64,000 nt of DNA from Eledone cirrhosa (lineage: Eukaryota): the NCBI GenBank assembly GCA_964016885.1, contig OZ024744.1, positions 89,776,001 through 89,840,000 of the forward strand, written 5' to 3'. Of the stretch, positions 12,393 to 24,484 are shown one piece after another (the first letter of the stretch is position 1; each line of letters opens with the position of its first letter). Under the pieces are notes generated by a model. That model worked only from the letters and a program-made list of their open reading frames with translations, had not been told where the DNA came from and searched no databases. The position numbers and the translations under genes were made by a program.

Positions 12393-14949
12393 ACGCTAAT
12401 CAGACGCTGTACTAAACCAGCAAGATATGTTTTCTTCAGTTAGCTCATCAGTTTTATGCACATAGCGAGGGATTGTGATTTTTCACTTTCTAATAATAAC
12501 TTTTGGCTGTTCTTCATGGACATCCATTGTGTTAGTCATAATGTTATTTTTGTTGTAATTATTGTAGTTGGTAGAGGTGGTATTCTTATTGTTACAATTG
12601 CTGTGTTGCAGCGCCAGACTCACCTTGACCCAACAGAAATAGGTCATATAAAACTAGTCAGTCAAATGACTAGATGTGATGCACAGATCTATAAAACCAG
12701 TTTTACTATACACCGCCTAGCTGAGAGCTATATTTTATATTCTGGAATTGCAGTGATTAATTGTTTGTGATGCAGTGTGACATGCCATGCACCATCCCTT
12801 GTATACTCTATTTCTGTACGCCTGTAGAGTCTGGTGACGTCTACAACGGAGTAGAGTATTTAGGGTTTTGAACAGAGCTCAAAGGTTGCTGATCTATGCC
12901 TTTGATAATTAATGCATCCATTCTAGCACAGTGGACCAAAAAGGTTATAGATGTCACAATTATATCGACATATACTTGTAATTTTTATGTTTGAATTGGC
13001 TAAATGAAAAAGATTATGATTTTTTTAGGCCGGTACAGTAGTAGTTTTCCGGAGATGTCGAATTGTGTCTAAGTATTTAGAGGTGATTGTACATATTGTG
13101 GCAGGGACATTAAAGATTAAAGCTGGCTATGGTAACAAAATAAACCCATCGTATGTTCAAATGTTTACCTTTTGCTTATTTGACAGCTAATATTTTGAAA
13201 AGACAATTTGTGTTAATCTAGCTAAACTGTATTAATTGGTTCAAGGGTTTATACAAGACATTTTGTTTTAATTTAATCATTGAGACACTCCAATTCATAT
13301 TGGTTTGTTGTTTGGCTACTCTGCATCTCAAAGACTAAACTTCTTTCTGGAAATCAGAAGAATACGTTTGCTTTCATCAGTTACTGACTCTCTATAATGC
13401 TAAAATGAAACTCAATAGAGACATAACAACAGTGTTCCTTAACAGCCCCAAACTCAATCACTATACATATCAGGGAAACAGTCTGAAACGCCACTCTTTG
13501 TACACCTAAATACACCTAAAACCCACGAACTTGCAACAAATGCTAAGACTTACAACATTTGATGATCTCTCATTGTGATCTCGTATATATATAACATTGT
13601 TAATCTACATCACGTAAGGTAATGACTCCTTTTCAAAGCCAGGAAATACATCAGCTTTGATAAGTTGCAAAACCATTTGTAAAGCTCAAATAAGACTTAG
13701 TAGTTAGTGCTCATGTGTATGAGACAATACTATTTCTACGTACAAATATCCTCTTTAGAGCCAGAAAATACTTTAGCTATGAATAGCACAAATACATAAT
13801 CACTGCTCATGTTGTGGAAACAATATTATACCCCTCCTCTATTAGTCTTAAACAAAATGCGATCAAGACTTTCAAAGTATCCACGAATGCTAGGTCTCAC
13901 AATCTCTAGTACTTTTCTTCGGTTGTCTCACATACACGACATAGTTAAATTCGCATCCGCAAATACATAGGATCACAAAATACATCAGCTGTAATCAGGT
14001 ATTTTCTATTTATAATACTCAGGTGTGCTCTTCTTAATAAAGTGCTCCTCTCACATCTTGGATGTTGTTACTCTTACATTGATACATATACAACAATTCT
14101 ATTCAGTATCCAAAGGATATCCATTCGACAGATTGGTGAAAACTCCATTAGAAACTTGATATACAAATACGCAGAATCCTCTTTCAGTCTGTTATATCGC
14201 TATTACAACGGCCTATATTCTTCTGGTGAACCCAGTTGTCTCTTCTGCCTATCACTTTCCCTTCTTTGCATCACCCCTACTGTATGTCAGCCCTAAGTCC
14301 ATCCCACACAGACTACGTCTCCAATCCCCCCCCCCCCTCAATATATTGACCCTCTGAAATTTTCAATTTTCAAGTTTATCTTGTACTGTTGACCAACAAA
14401 CAGTTAAACAGAACATCAACATTATAGATGTCACCAGTCGTGGGGCAGCCTGTAAATATATTGAGTGATAATCACCCGCCCCCACCCACCTCGTACACAC
14501 ACATACACTAAGATTTATACTACTGTTTCTGACCCTCAACAGACCTCAGGTGTGAATGAAATTAGAGTGCTGTCCATATATATATGGGGTGTTACTGTTG
14601 CGGGCTCAAGGTTGCGTATATATTTACACACACACGCTTGACCATGCATTAAAGACCGGTTTCGTTAGAGACCGAAATTATTCCATTCCTGATAGGTTGT
14701 TGACACCGTACAGGTCGCAGATATGACCCTCATTAGGGAACTGTTTCCATATCTTAGAAGTTGCTGCTGTTACATATCCAGTCTTAGAGACTATATTACA
14801 GAAAACCATTTTGTTTGTTTTGTTGTTGTTTTCTCCAACACTCAATATTACATCTTCCAAGAGTCGAACACTAGTACTACGTACAACAAAGCAAACATAG
14901 ATTTGCAACATATCGAGGGAAGGGACAAAGCTAAAATATCAAGGGAGAC

Positions 14950-15560
14950 AAACGTCAAAATAGATTGATTGTATATAAGGAATGGCTTTAACAATTGTGT
15001 CTACCGTAATGGAAACATTAAGCACCATTTTCGAATAAAAAAAGGAAAAGAAAGGAAGTTTTGGAATAGTCTCATGACTATGTATGATACAAAAAACATC
15101 ATTCCTTAGTATTAATATACTGGGTGAGTCATAAGTAACCATACAGACCAACCTTTATATTCCAAACGATATTTACTAAAATTCTGGTCATAAATTACGA
15201 AATTATAAATACATCAAACAAAAGTAGTTTAAAAAATATAACCATGGCTGATCACACACAAATAAACAGATGTTCAAAAAATTATCTGTGAACCTTGCAA
15301 TAAAAATGTATTGACTGCCCAATTATTTATGATTCCACCTGATTTGAAATAATAGATATAAAACAAGAAAACATATAACAACTATATTTTCTTGACACTG
15401 GTGATCTAAGCTTGGAAAAAAAACAGCAGCTTGCGGAAAAGCTAATGAACTATACCGACTTAGTTACTGAATAGCATTATGGCATTTAATAAATGTGTTA
15501 ATCATCCAAAATATAATTGGTGTAACTAAATGGATATATAATAAATACTGTATAAGTAAA
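14950..15560 (+). pseudogene. Possible highly decayed RLE-type LINE C-terminus
   Basis: Fragmentary PDL..I....D...K...Y..L-like pattern interrupted by stops. Confidence 0.25.
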
Positions 15561-15789
15561 GACAAGTTGTTATCTATGAGGATAAGCCATTCAGAAAACA
15601 TCAATACTTATTCTGTAAATATTATTAAAGTAGTAGGGTAGATGTGCTTACGCCGTATTTGACTAAATAAAATTAGTCTGTTAGTGGGGACTAAAAAACT
15701 CTCTGAATGGAAAAGGGATTAATATTGACGTACATGAGACGTCAATACTCATCCTTATTATTATTATTATTATTCTCTGAATATACGTC

Positions 15790-16160
15790 AGTAGTTTGAG
15801 AAATGGAAAAATTGAGAGAGGGCGCTTGCCCTGGTGGTCAGGGTGGCCGTGGTCTTTTGTGTGGTTTTCGCCAAGAGTAACCCTCGGAGGTTTCCCCCCT
15901 ATTGGGGAATTTTTCTTTGTTTCAATTTTCATTTTTATTGTTTATATATATATATATCTCAAGGGCGGTGCCCCAGCATGGCCTCAGCCGGATGGCTGAA
16001 ACAGGTAAAAGAGTAATATGTTTCTATGTCCTTTTTTTTCTTTTCTTATATAAATAATAAAAATATTTACACGCACAAAACCCACATCGTACCGTCCTGT
16101 GCCGTCCTTGGCCGTCTGTAATGTTTTTCTTGATGTCAGCCCTTGTGGCCAATAAAGAAA

Positions 16161-16200
<40 letters not shown>

Positions 16201-16222
16201 CATTATTATTATTATTATTATT
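15790..16222 (+). mobile_element. 3' UTR fragment of a Tx1-like LINE with (TTA)n tail
   Basis: GAGAGGGCGCTTGCCCTGGTGGTCAGGGT, CCCCCTATTGGGGAATTTT and CCTTGTGGCCAATAAAGAAATC match 19010-19255. Confidence 0.8.
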
Positions 16223-17035
16223 ACAGTTGCATTTATCTTGCTTTATGTTCATACGAGTTATCACCAAGTCACAACCAGTGACCTCAAGAGACAACAAGGT
16301 CCGCCATGTTCAAGAAAGAACATACATACTCACACATGCATATTTAGTGTTTAGACTTGTGATGTACTTATATTGACAGAATCTTCCTTAGTATATGGGC
16401 AGTTCCCATTAGTACTATCTTTTGTATTTCTCCTATACGCGGGTTTCCTGGGATTTGCGATAAGTAATCATTAAACCCCTTAGGTATCATTCCTAGAGCG
16501 CCTACAACCACTGGTATTGTTTTAGTTCTCAATTTCCACATTTTTCCAATTTCTATCTCTATATACTTGCTCAATTTTTCAAATGTTTTTTATAGATACA
16601 TTCTTGTCTATTGGAACGGACATATCAATTAGCAGGCATACCCTCTTTTTAAAGTCCTTCAGTATTATATCAGGTCTATTTGCATCTATTTTTCGGTCTG
16701 TTTGGATGCTAAAGTTCCACAAGATTGAGATGTGAAATTTTTCAAGTATGAGAGGTGGTTGATGCTCCCACCATTTCTTTTGATGGGGCAGGTCAAAATG
16801 CTTACACATTATCCAATGTATGTATTGTGCAGCTCTGTCATGCCTGTTTAGGTATTCGGTTGGAGCTATAGGACTGCACATTGAAATTATATGGTCAATG
16901 GTCTCTGGTTGTTTTTTACATACACGGCATAATGGGCTGCATCCATTTTTTATTATGTTGGCTTGGTAATTTTTTGTTGGCAGACACTAATCTTGTGCTG
17001 ATATAATCAGTCCTTCAGTCTCCGATAAGACCTCT
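16223..17035 (-). mobile_element. R4/Dong-like non-LTR retrotransposon 3' fragment (CCHC plus restriction-like endonuclease), frameshifted
   Basis: Minus translation ETEGLIISAQD, CRVC..PETIDHIISMC, YLNRHD, NRPDIILKD, LIDMSVP, IPVVVGALG. The 3' end abuts (TAA)n. Confidence 0.85.
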
Positions 17036-17136
17036 TCCACTTTCAGATCCCGTTAATCTTGTGGAACATGTTGTAGATAGTCAATAGCTTCCTAGTCTTC
17101 CTATCCATTATTAACTCTTGTGGTTAATAAAGAAAG

Positions 17137-17206
<70 letters not shown>

Positions 17207-18991
17207 GGTGGGAGAGGCGCAGACATGCGCCATTCCCGACAGATCCATCCACGACAACCTCCACCTCATGCGATACATCATAGAGAGGGTAGCTAAGGAA
17301 CCTGGCACGGGTGGGTCCTTGATCAATTTAGATCAGTCGAAAGCTTTCGATAGGGTCGACCATCGTTACCTAGCGGCAGTCCTGAGGGCGGCTGGCTTTG
17401 GGCCCGTCTTCAGAGGCTGGATCGCTGCCATGCACAGCGACATCTGCTCTGTGGTGAGAGTGAACGGTCACCTGTCGGAACCGTTCAACATCATGCGCTC
17501 GGTCCGCCAAGGATGTCCCCTCTCGTCCCTCTTGTACGTATTGACTCTCGAGCCATTACTGCACAAACTGGAGACGTTGAGGGGAGTCCCGCGCGAACTA
17601 GGATGCGGAAGATCCGTGTCAGCATATGCGGACGATGTCACCGTAGTGGTGTCGAACGCCAAACACATCGAGGCGATCGGCACTACACTAAGAGAATACG
17701 AAGCGGTGACAGGAGCAATGATCAACCAGGAAAAGTCAGTGGGCCTGCAGCTCGGCACCTGGAGAGGCAGGTCCATGCCGTCCAACAGCGTCGTTGGACG
17801 CTGGACGGACGGACCGGTTAAATTGCTAGGGGTCTGGTTCGGTCCGGACCTCCAGACGGACAAAAACTGGGACGAGGTGACGAGCAGGGTGCCTTCTCTC
17901 ACCCAGAAATGGGCGGAGAGGAAGCTATCCCTGAAAGGTCGAGCGGAGGTGGCTAACGCGTACATCGCGTCTGTCATCTGCTACCGCCTGACCGTCGTAC
18001 CTTGTCCTAAGCCTCGCCTGACTGCGCTGGAGCGTTTGCTCTTTCGCTTTTTGTGGAAGGGACGTGCTCCGATGGTCAGGCGGTCCATCTGTTGTCAACA
18101 CCCGCTACGTGGAGGGCTGGGCATGCCGTGGCTGATGATGCGCAGGCACGCGCTCAGGCTACGACGTCTCCACCTCTTCCTCGACGGTGATCAGCTGTGG
18201 TCGCCGTTTGCTAGGCGCGTATTTCCCCAGCTCGTTTCCTTGACGGAGCTGCAGTCCTGGGTCAAGCGAAGACCGAGAGGGAGCGCCTGGAGACTGGAAT
18301 GTCTTCAGGCGCTCACAGCCCTCGACCAATCGGGCAATGTGATCGGTGGAAACTCCACCTCGGCGTTCTATAGAGGATTAGTGGAGGGTAAGAGCGACGA
18401 CGTACTTGGGGAAACTCTAGGCGTCGACGAAAATCAACTAGCCAATCTCTTCGGAAGAACTTTCGGGCCGGGCCTATGGACAACTTCCAGAAATCTCTGG
18501 CCTGGCAGTGCTACCGAGGAGCCTTGCCAGTTCGGGATAAACTCTACAGGCATGGAGGTGCCGTCAGCCGGGCATGTCCGAGATGCGCGCAGGGCGACGA
18601 AACCGTCCTGCACGCACTCGTCCAGTGTCCGAAAATTGCTGACTTGTGGGTTTATGTCGAACACCTGCTGTCGCGTTTAGGACGGATCCAGCTATCATCT
18701 GAGTCCATCGTGAGGATTGCGCCGCCCTCCTCCTTTAGCCGGGAAGGGCAGGCAGTTTTTATCTGTCTGGTGGCCATGGCGAAAGAGATAGTATGGTGGA
18801 CACGTTTGAAAGGGCTGAAGACGAGCACTTACCTCTTCGGTGATGCTCTGATTGACTTTTTCAAATTTCATTTGAAAAGGAAAATCAGAGTAGAGAGGGA
18901 AGTGCTCTCTTCCCAGCATTTTGTTGAAAGATGGGTGAGAGAAGCAAGAATGGCCCGAGTGAATGGGCCTACTCTGAGTATATATCTGTAA
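17207..18991 (+). pseudogene. Tx1/L1-clade LINE ORF2 (RT plus C-terminal CCHC), 5'-truncated, one frameshift near 18475
   Basis: LDQSKAFDRVDH, VRQGCPLS, AYADDVT, KLLGVWFG, PLRGGLG, CPRC..DETVLHALVQC. The poly-L start of ORF 17118 is the (TTA)n target, not coding. Confidence 0.92.
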
Positions 18992-19250
18992 ATTAAAGGT
19001 GGAAAACTGGGAGAGGGCACTTGCCTTGGTGGTCAGGGTCATTGTGGCTTTTTACTGGGCTTTCTCCACAAATGTCCCTCCGAAATCTCCCCCCTATTGG
19101 GGAATTTTTCATTGTTATTTTCATTGTTATTTTTGTTACATCCTCTGTTTTTGTTTTTTATACGCAGAAATGCCTATTTGTACCGTCCTGCATTGTCCTG
19201 CACTGTCCTTAATGTCTACTTTATGTAAACCCTTGTGGTTAATAAAGAAA

Positions 19251-19313
<63 letters not shown>
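17207..19313 (+). mobile_element. Tx1-like LINE insertion bounded by (TTA)n on both sides
   Basis: GC-rich ORF, 3' UTR, CCTTGTGGTTAATAAAGAAATC and (TTA)n tail. Confidence 0.9.
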
Positions 19314-19314
<1 letters not shown>

Positions 19315-19720
19315 CATTGTTTTTTTTGCAAGATGTTGGAGAAGACTGTACAAAGTGGAAATAAATAAATAAACAAATAAATAAATGCATGACTAAATAT
19401 ATATATATATATCAAGGGTATATAATGGGTTAGGAACTCTTTTATATTTTTCTTTTATATTCAATTATAATATACGGCTCGGAAAAATCTCTTTCTTAGA
19501 GCTATTTAATTGTAAGAGACTATTTTGAGTTTCTAACTTAATATATACCTTTGATATATTCGGCTCCGTTAATTTGTTGAGTTATTTCAAATGTCGAATA
19601 AACCTGGCTGCTATTTTTAGTGGTGTAAGTTTGTGAGACACGCTAAGATACCATGTGCGTTATTATATATAGCACACTATTCAGTTTCTTAATATACTTA
19701 GAAGTGTCTAGAATACTAAT

Positions 19721-19807
19721 TGGTCACCCACTGATGAGCAAGAATTGGTATTTCTATTCACAATTAATTAGTATTGCGAAACAGCACCAAGCTGTCTGGG
19801 TGATTGG
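19721..19807 (+). ncRNA. Canonical type I hammerhead ribozyme
   Basis: GGTCACCCA-CTGATGA-GCAA..TTGC-GAAA-CAGC(ACCAA)GCTG-TC-TGGGTGATT. All core bases intact. GUC triplet, predicted cut after 19796. Confidence 0.88.
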
Positions 19808-20232
19808 TAGTTACCACAGTTCCGGATTGTATTTATTTTCTTGATTTTTTCTTAAATTGAGACAGGCAAACCCTATTGTCTATAGTTAGTATTCTTTTCA
19901 CCTTAGCGAATCTGGTCCCTTGCGATTTGAACACATATATGTATATATATGTGTTCGTTTTTCTTTTTCTTTTATATTCAATTATATATATATATATATA
20001 TATAATCAAATAAAACACACATAGGTAAGAAGCAATATGGAGTAAAAGAGTGAGATCATAAAATAACAATATAATATATAATAAATACATAACAATACAA
20101 AACAACGAAAGGGCCCCAAAACAAAGTGATTGTGGCACCACACACAACCCGAATTACCCTGAGAGGTTTTTTTTATCTTCTCAGTTCTTATAGATAACAT
20201 ACAGCTAATAACTATTAAAATATATTATTATT

Positions 20233-20393
20233 AAATGCCCTTTTGTACCGTCCTGTATTGTTCTGACCTGTCCTTAATGTAAACCTTTGTGTAAACCCTT
20301 GTGGTTAATAAAGAAAGCATTATTATTATTATTATTATTATTACAGCCCTTGTAGCCAATAAAGAAATTATTATTATTATTATTATTATTATT
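20233..20393 (+). mobile_element. Two stacked extreme 3' ends of the Tx1-like LINE
   Basis: CCCTTGTGGTTAATAAAGAAAGC(ATT)n followed by CCCTTGTAGCCAATAAAGAA(ATT)n. Confidence 0.8.
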
Positions 20394-20635
20394 ACCCAGT
20401 GCAGTACCAGTAATGCACTGGGTAATTGCTGGCCTTGTGCCTAACGTAGAAACAATTATTATTATTGTTGCTGTTGTTGGTGTTGTTGTTGTTGTTGTTC
20501 TTTGAGTCTCAGTCATTGATGTTATTTAACTGGAAAGTTTGTTGAAATGAATATCAAGCCGCTACCTGCAGCCTCAGATATTCAGGACGTATCGGAGGGT
20601 TCTTTTTATTATCATATTATTATTATTATTACATA

Positions 20636-21514
20636 ATGGTTTCTAATTTGGGTACAAAGCCAATAATTGTAGAGAAAAATCAATTATATCAACCCAAGTA
20701 CTTGACTGGTATTTTATTGTATCGACTCTGAAAAGATGAAGGTAAAGTTTACCTCGGCGAGATTTCAACACAGAACATAAAGAGTCGGAGAAGATTGCCA
20801 TAAAGCTCTTCATCCGATGCCCTAACGATTCTGTTAGGCCATCACCCTATAATATAATATATGTCTTTCTAATATTAGTACAAGGCCAGCAATTTAAGGA
20901 AGGGGCAAATCAATTATTTCAACCCCTAGTTCTTAACTAGTACTTTATTTTATCGACCCTCTAGAAGGGTGAAAGGCAAAGTTGACTTCAGCGGGACCTG
21001 AGTCATAACTAAATACTACAAAGCATTTTGTCTGATGCCACTAATCCATTGCCCTGGAATATAATACAATATAATATAATATATAATATAATATTTTCTG
21101 ATTTAGGCACAAGCCAACAATTTTGGGCGAGAGGAAAGTCGATTACTTCCACCCCAGTACGTTACTGGTACTTTATTTTATCGACCCCATAAGGATGAAA
21201 GGCAAAGCTAACCTCGACGGGATTTGAAATCAGAACGTAAAGGGCCATAACTATATCCCGCAAAGCATGTTGTCCGACGCTCTACCGATACTGCCAACCC
21301 ACTGCCAAATCTGATATAATATAATATAATTGTTTCTTCTTTAAGCACAAGGCCAGCAATTACCCAGTACATTACTGGTACTTTATTTTATCGACCCCGT
21401 AAGGAAGAAAGGCAAAGTCAGCCTCGGCGGGATTTGAACTCAGATCGTAAAGGGACGTAACTATGCTGGAAAGCATGGCGTCCGACCCTCTACCGATACT
21501 GCCAATCCACCGCC
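20636..21514 (-). mobile_element. Four head-to-tail Meta-like SINE copies of different divergence
   Basis: Family motifs at about 20636-20848, 20865-21055, 21094-21305 and 21328-21514. Confidence 0.85.
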
Positions 21515-21770
21515 ATAATATAATATAATATAATATAATATAATATAATATAATATAATATAATATAATATAATATAATATAATATAATATAATATAATA
21601 TAATATAATATAATATAATATAATATAATATAATATAATATAATATAATATAATATAATATAATATAATATAATGTAATGTAATGTAATGTAATGTAATG
21701 TAATGTAATGTAATGTAATATAATATAATGTAATATGATATAATATAATGTAATATAATATGATATAATT
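21515..21770. repeat. (TAATA)n/(TAATG)n pentanucleotide microsatellite
   Basis: Directly visible. Confidence 0.95.
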
Positions 21771-22647
21771 AATTAATATACTTATTATACTCACGTTAAC
21801 AGCGTTATTGGTGAAATTTTGGACAGTGAAGCAGGTAACTGTATTAAAAATTAGGAAAGAATATAAAAGACCCAGAAGTATTGTGTATAATACAAGTGTT
21901 TGGTTTGACATTTTTGTTGTTTTTGGATTCCTTGTTGCAAACATCAGCCAGTGTTATGAGGGAAAGTATTGAAAATCTGTTATATTTCATAAAGATATAT
22001 ATATATATAAGAGCGTGTGAGTATGTGTATGTGTGTATACATATATATATATATATATATAAATATATGTGTGTGTGTACATATGTAGAGTTGATGTCTG
22101 TATCACTATTGTATTCGTGTGAATTTATACGTGTAGGTGTGTAGGTTTGTTCCTGTATCTACGTATGCGTACAGATATATCTGTGTACATGTACACAATT
22201 ATTTTTTTCACACAGCTTACCACTTCTAGCAAACAAAATTCAACAAGGATAGTTTTTTTTTTCACATGTTTTTTTAAATATTATTATTGGTTATTTTGAA
22301 ACCTGTCAGTTTGGGATATTCAGGAGAAACAAGTGAGGGGTTATTGCGAAACAATTTTGGAAGTAAACATAGAACTAACCTCACACCTCACTTTTGAAAT
22401 GTGTGTTTCCTGAACTAACAAAAGAACCGCTGCGCCCAAGCATTAAAAATAGCAGTTAAATCAATCTTTTCCCAGTCTGATATGTATTTAAAAGTGTAAG
22501 ATATGTTTGATAATAAGTAGGCTTAACAAGAATTAAAATAACAATTACATTTGAATGTTTGTGTATGGATGTTATGTGTATGTGTGCGTATATGAGTGTG
22601 TGAGTGTACGTGTGTGTACGTGTGTATACATACATATATAGGTATAG

Positions 22648-22699
<52 letters not shown>

Positions 22700-22722
22700 G
22701 TATGTATATATATATGTATATA

Positions 22723-22762
<40 letters not shown>

Positions 22763-22878
22763 TGTGTGTGTGTTTATCCCGAGTTCAATCGGGGGTAACC
22801 ACAGTAAGTAAGGTACCTAATACATAGCAAAGTATACATTTTTAATATAGAAATGGCTTCTACAGTTCTGTAGAAGCC

Positions 22879-22943
<65 letters not shown>

Positions 22944-22944
22944 T

Positions 22945-23160
22945 GTCAACATGAATGGACCTGTTATTTTTATCTAAAGACATTTTTCTCCAACTACACC
23001 CCGCCCGTCTCTTCAATCTATCTTATTTCTCATTTTTTGTTCTGATGAAGGACTAGCGTCGGAAACGTTAAGACCCTCTTCCTGCTATATCAAGCGTTAA
23101 CCTAATATATCCCTTCCATATACTGTACCGATTGTCTTGTTATTTCTGTTTATCTTTTAC
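22945..23160 (+). mobile_element. pLTR-like family D with minimal hammerhead (23038-23073)
   Basis: CTGATGA-AGGAC(TAGC)GTCG-GAAA-CG-TT-AAGA. Inverted copies at 46164-46380 and 34617-34690. Confidence 0.7.
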
Positions 23161-23163
23161 ACG

Positions 23164-23237
<74 letters not shown>

Positions 23238-23276
23238 ATATATTATATATATATATATTATATATATATATATGTA

Positions 23277-23373
<97 letters not shown>

Positions 23374-23404
23374 AGATCAAAAGATGGTTATAGGAGTTCC
23401 ATGT

Positions 23405-23473
23405 ATTTTATTATGCGCATTTCAAAAACAAATATCATCATTCAATAATATTTGTGTTTTCATCAGATAAAAT
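23405..23473 (-). ncRNA. Type I hammerhead ribozyme (family A) in the 3' pLTR
   Basis: Minus strand ATTTTAT-CTGATGA..GAAA-TGCGCA-TA-ATAAAAT. Confidence 0.8.
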
Positions 23474-24484
23474 AGGAGGACATGATATGAAGGCTAAAAA
23501 ACACTTGTGGATAGTGCAGTTTTAAATCAACATATGAAAAGTGGTTTTAGATTGATGTGTGATATTGGAAAAAATATTTTATTTAGAGAGGGGAGGGTGG
23601 AAAGGATGAAAAAGGGGAGGAGATGAGAGGGAGAGATGGGTGATAGAGAGAAAGAGATAGTTTTTATAACTGAGAGGAGATATATTGTTTTACATAGAGA
23701 GGTTGAAAACCGTTGGAAGATAATGTATAAATTAAAAAAATTTGAAAATTAACGAAAGGAGGATATGTGCGAGGAAAAAGTATTTTATTTAGGGAGGGGG
23801 GGGGGGGATGAAAAAAAGGGGGAGGAGATGAGAGTGAAGGTGGAGAGGGAGAGATGGGTGATAGAGAGAAAGAGATAGTTTTTATAACTGAGAGAAAGAT
23901 ATATTGTTTAACATAGAGAGGTTGAGAACCGTTGGAAGATAATGTATAAATTAAAGGAATTTGAAAATTAACGAATGGAATTTATGTATGAAGATAGAGA
24001 GAAGAAATAATAATTGTGGATGAATATTCTAACGTCAAAAAAAGGGTATGTTGATAAGTATTGTGGCAATTTCAAAATTAACGAAGAGAAAAATTATTAA
24101 GGTTTGTGTGTAGAAGGATTTGAGAAAAATAATGTGAAGTTAAAGTTTGTATATTGGAGGAATTGATAATATATGCGAATAAAGAGTTAATATGTATTAA
24201 GAATGAGTTCGTTGATGGGGAGAAAAAAATAATAAATTAAGGATGAAATTGAGATTAAAAAGATTTATGATAGAGAGAAAAAAATAATGATTGCGGATGA
24301 ATATTCTAACGTCAAAAAACAGATGTATATGTTATGAAGGATTTTACAAGGTGAAGATAGAATGAGGGTAATGAGTAAACAAGTATTATAGAGTGTATAA
24401 TGCCCTTTAAAGTATGGTAGGAAGATGGGTATATTTTAAAGAGGTGTATTGAGAAAAGATTCTAAATTGATAAAGAATTGAATA

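Noticed and set aside
12400-14900. Repeat-poor stretch that might hold host exons
   Set aside because: No convincing ORF or splice pattern by eye. Small exons cannot be excluded without RNA-seq.
17118-17206. Poly-leucine signal-peptide-like N-terminus of the 520-aa ORF
   Set aside because: It is the (TTA)n tail of an earlier insertion, in frame by chance with a truncated LINE.
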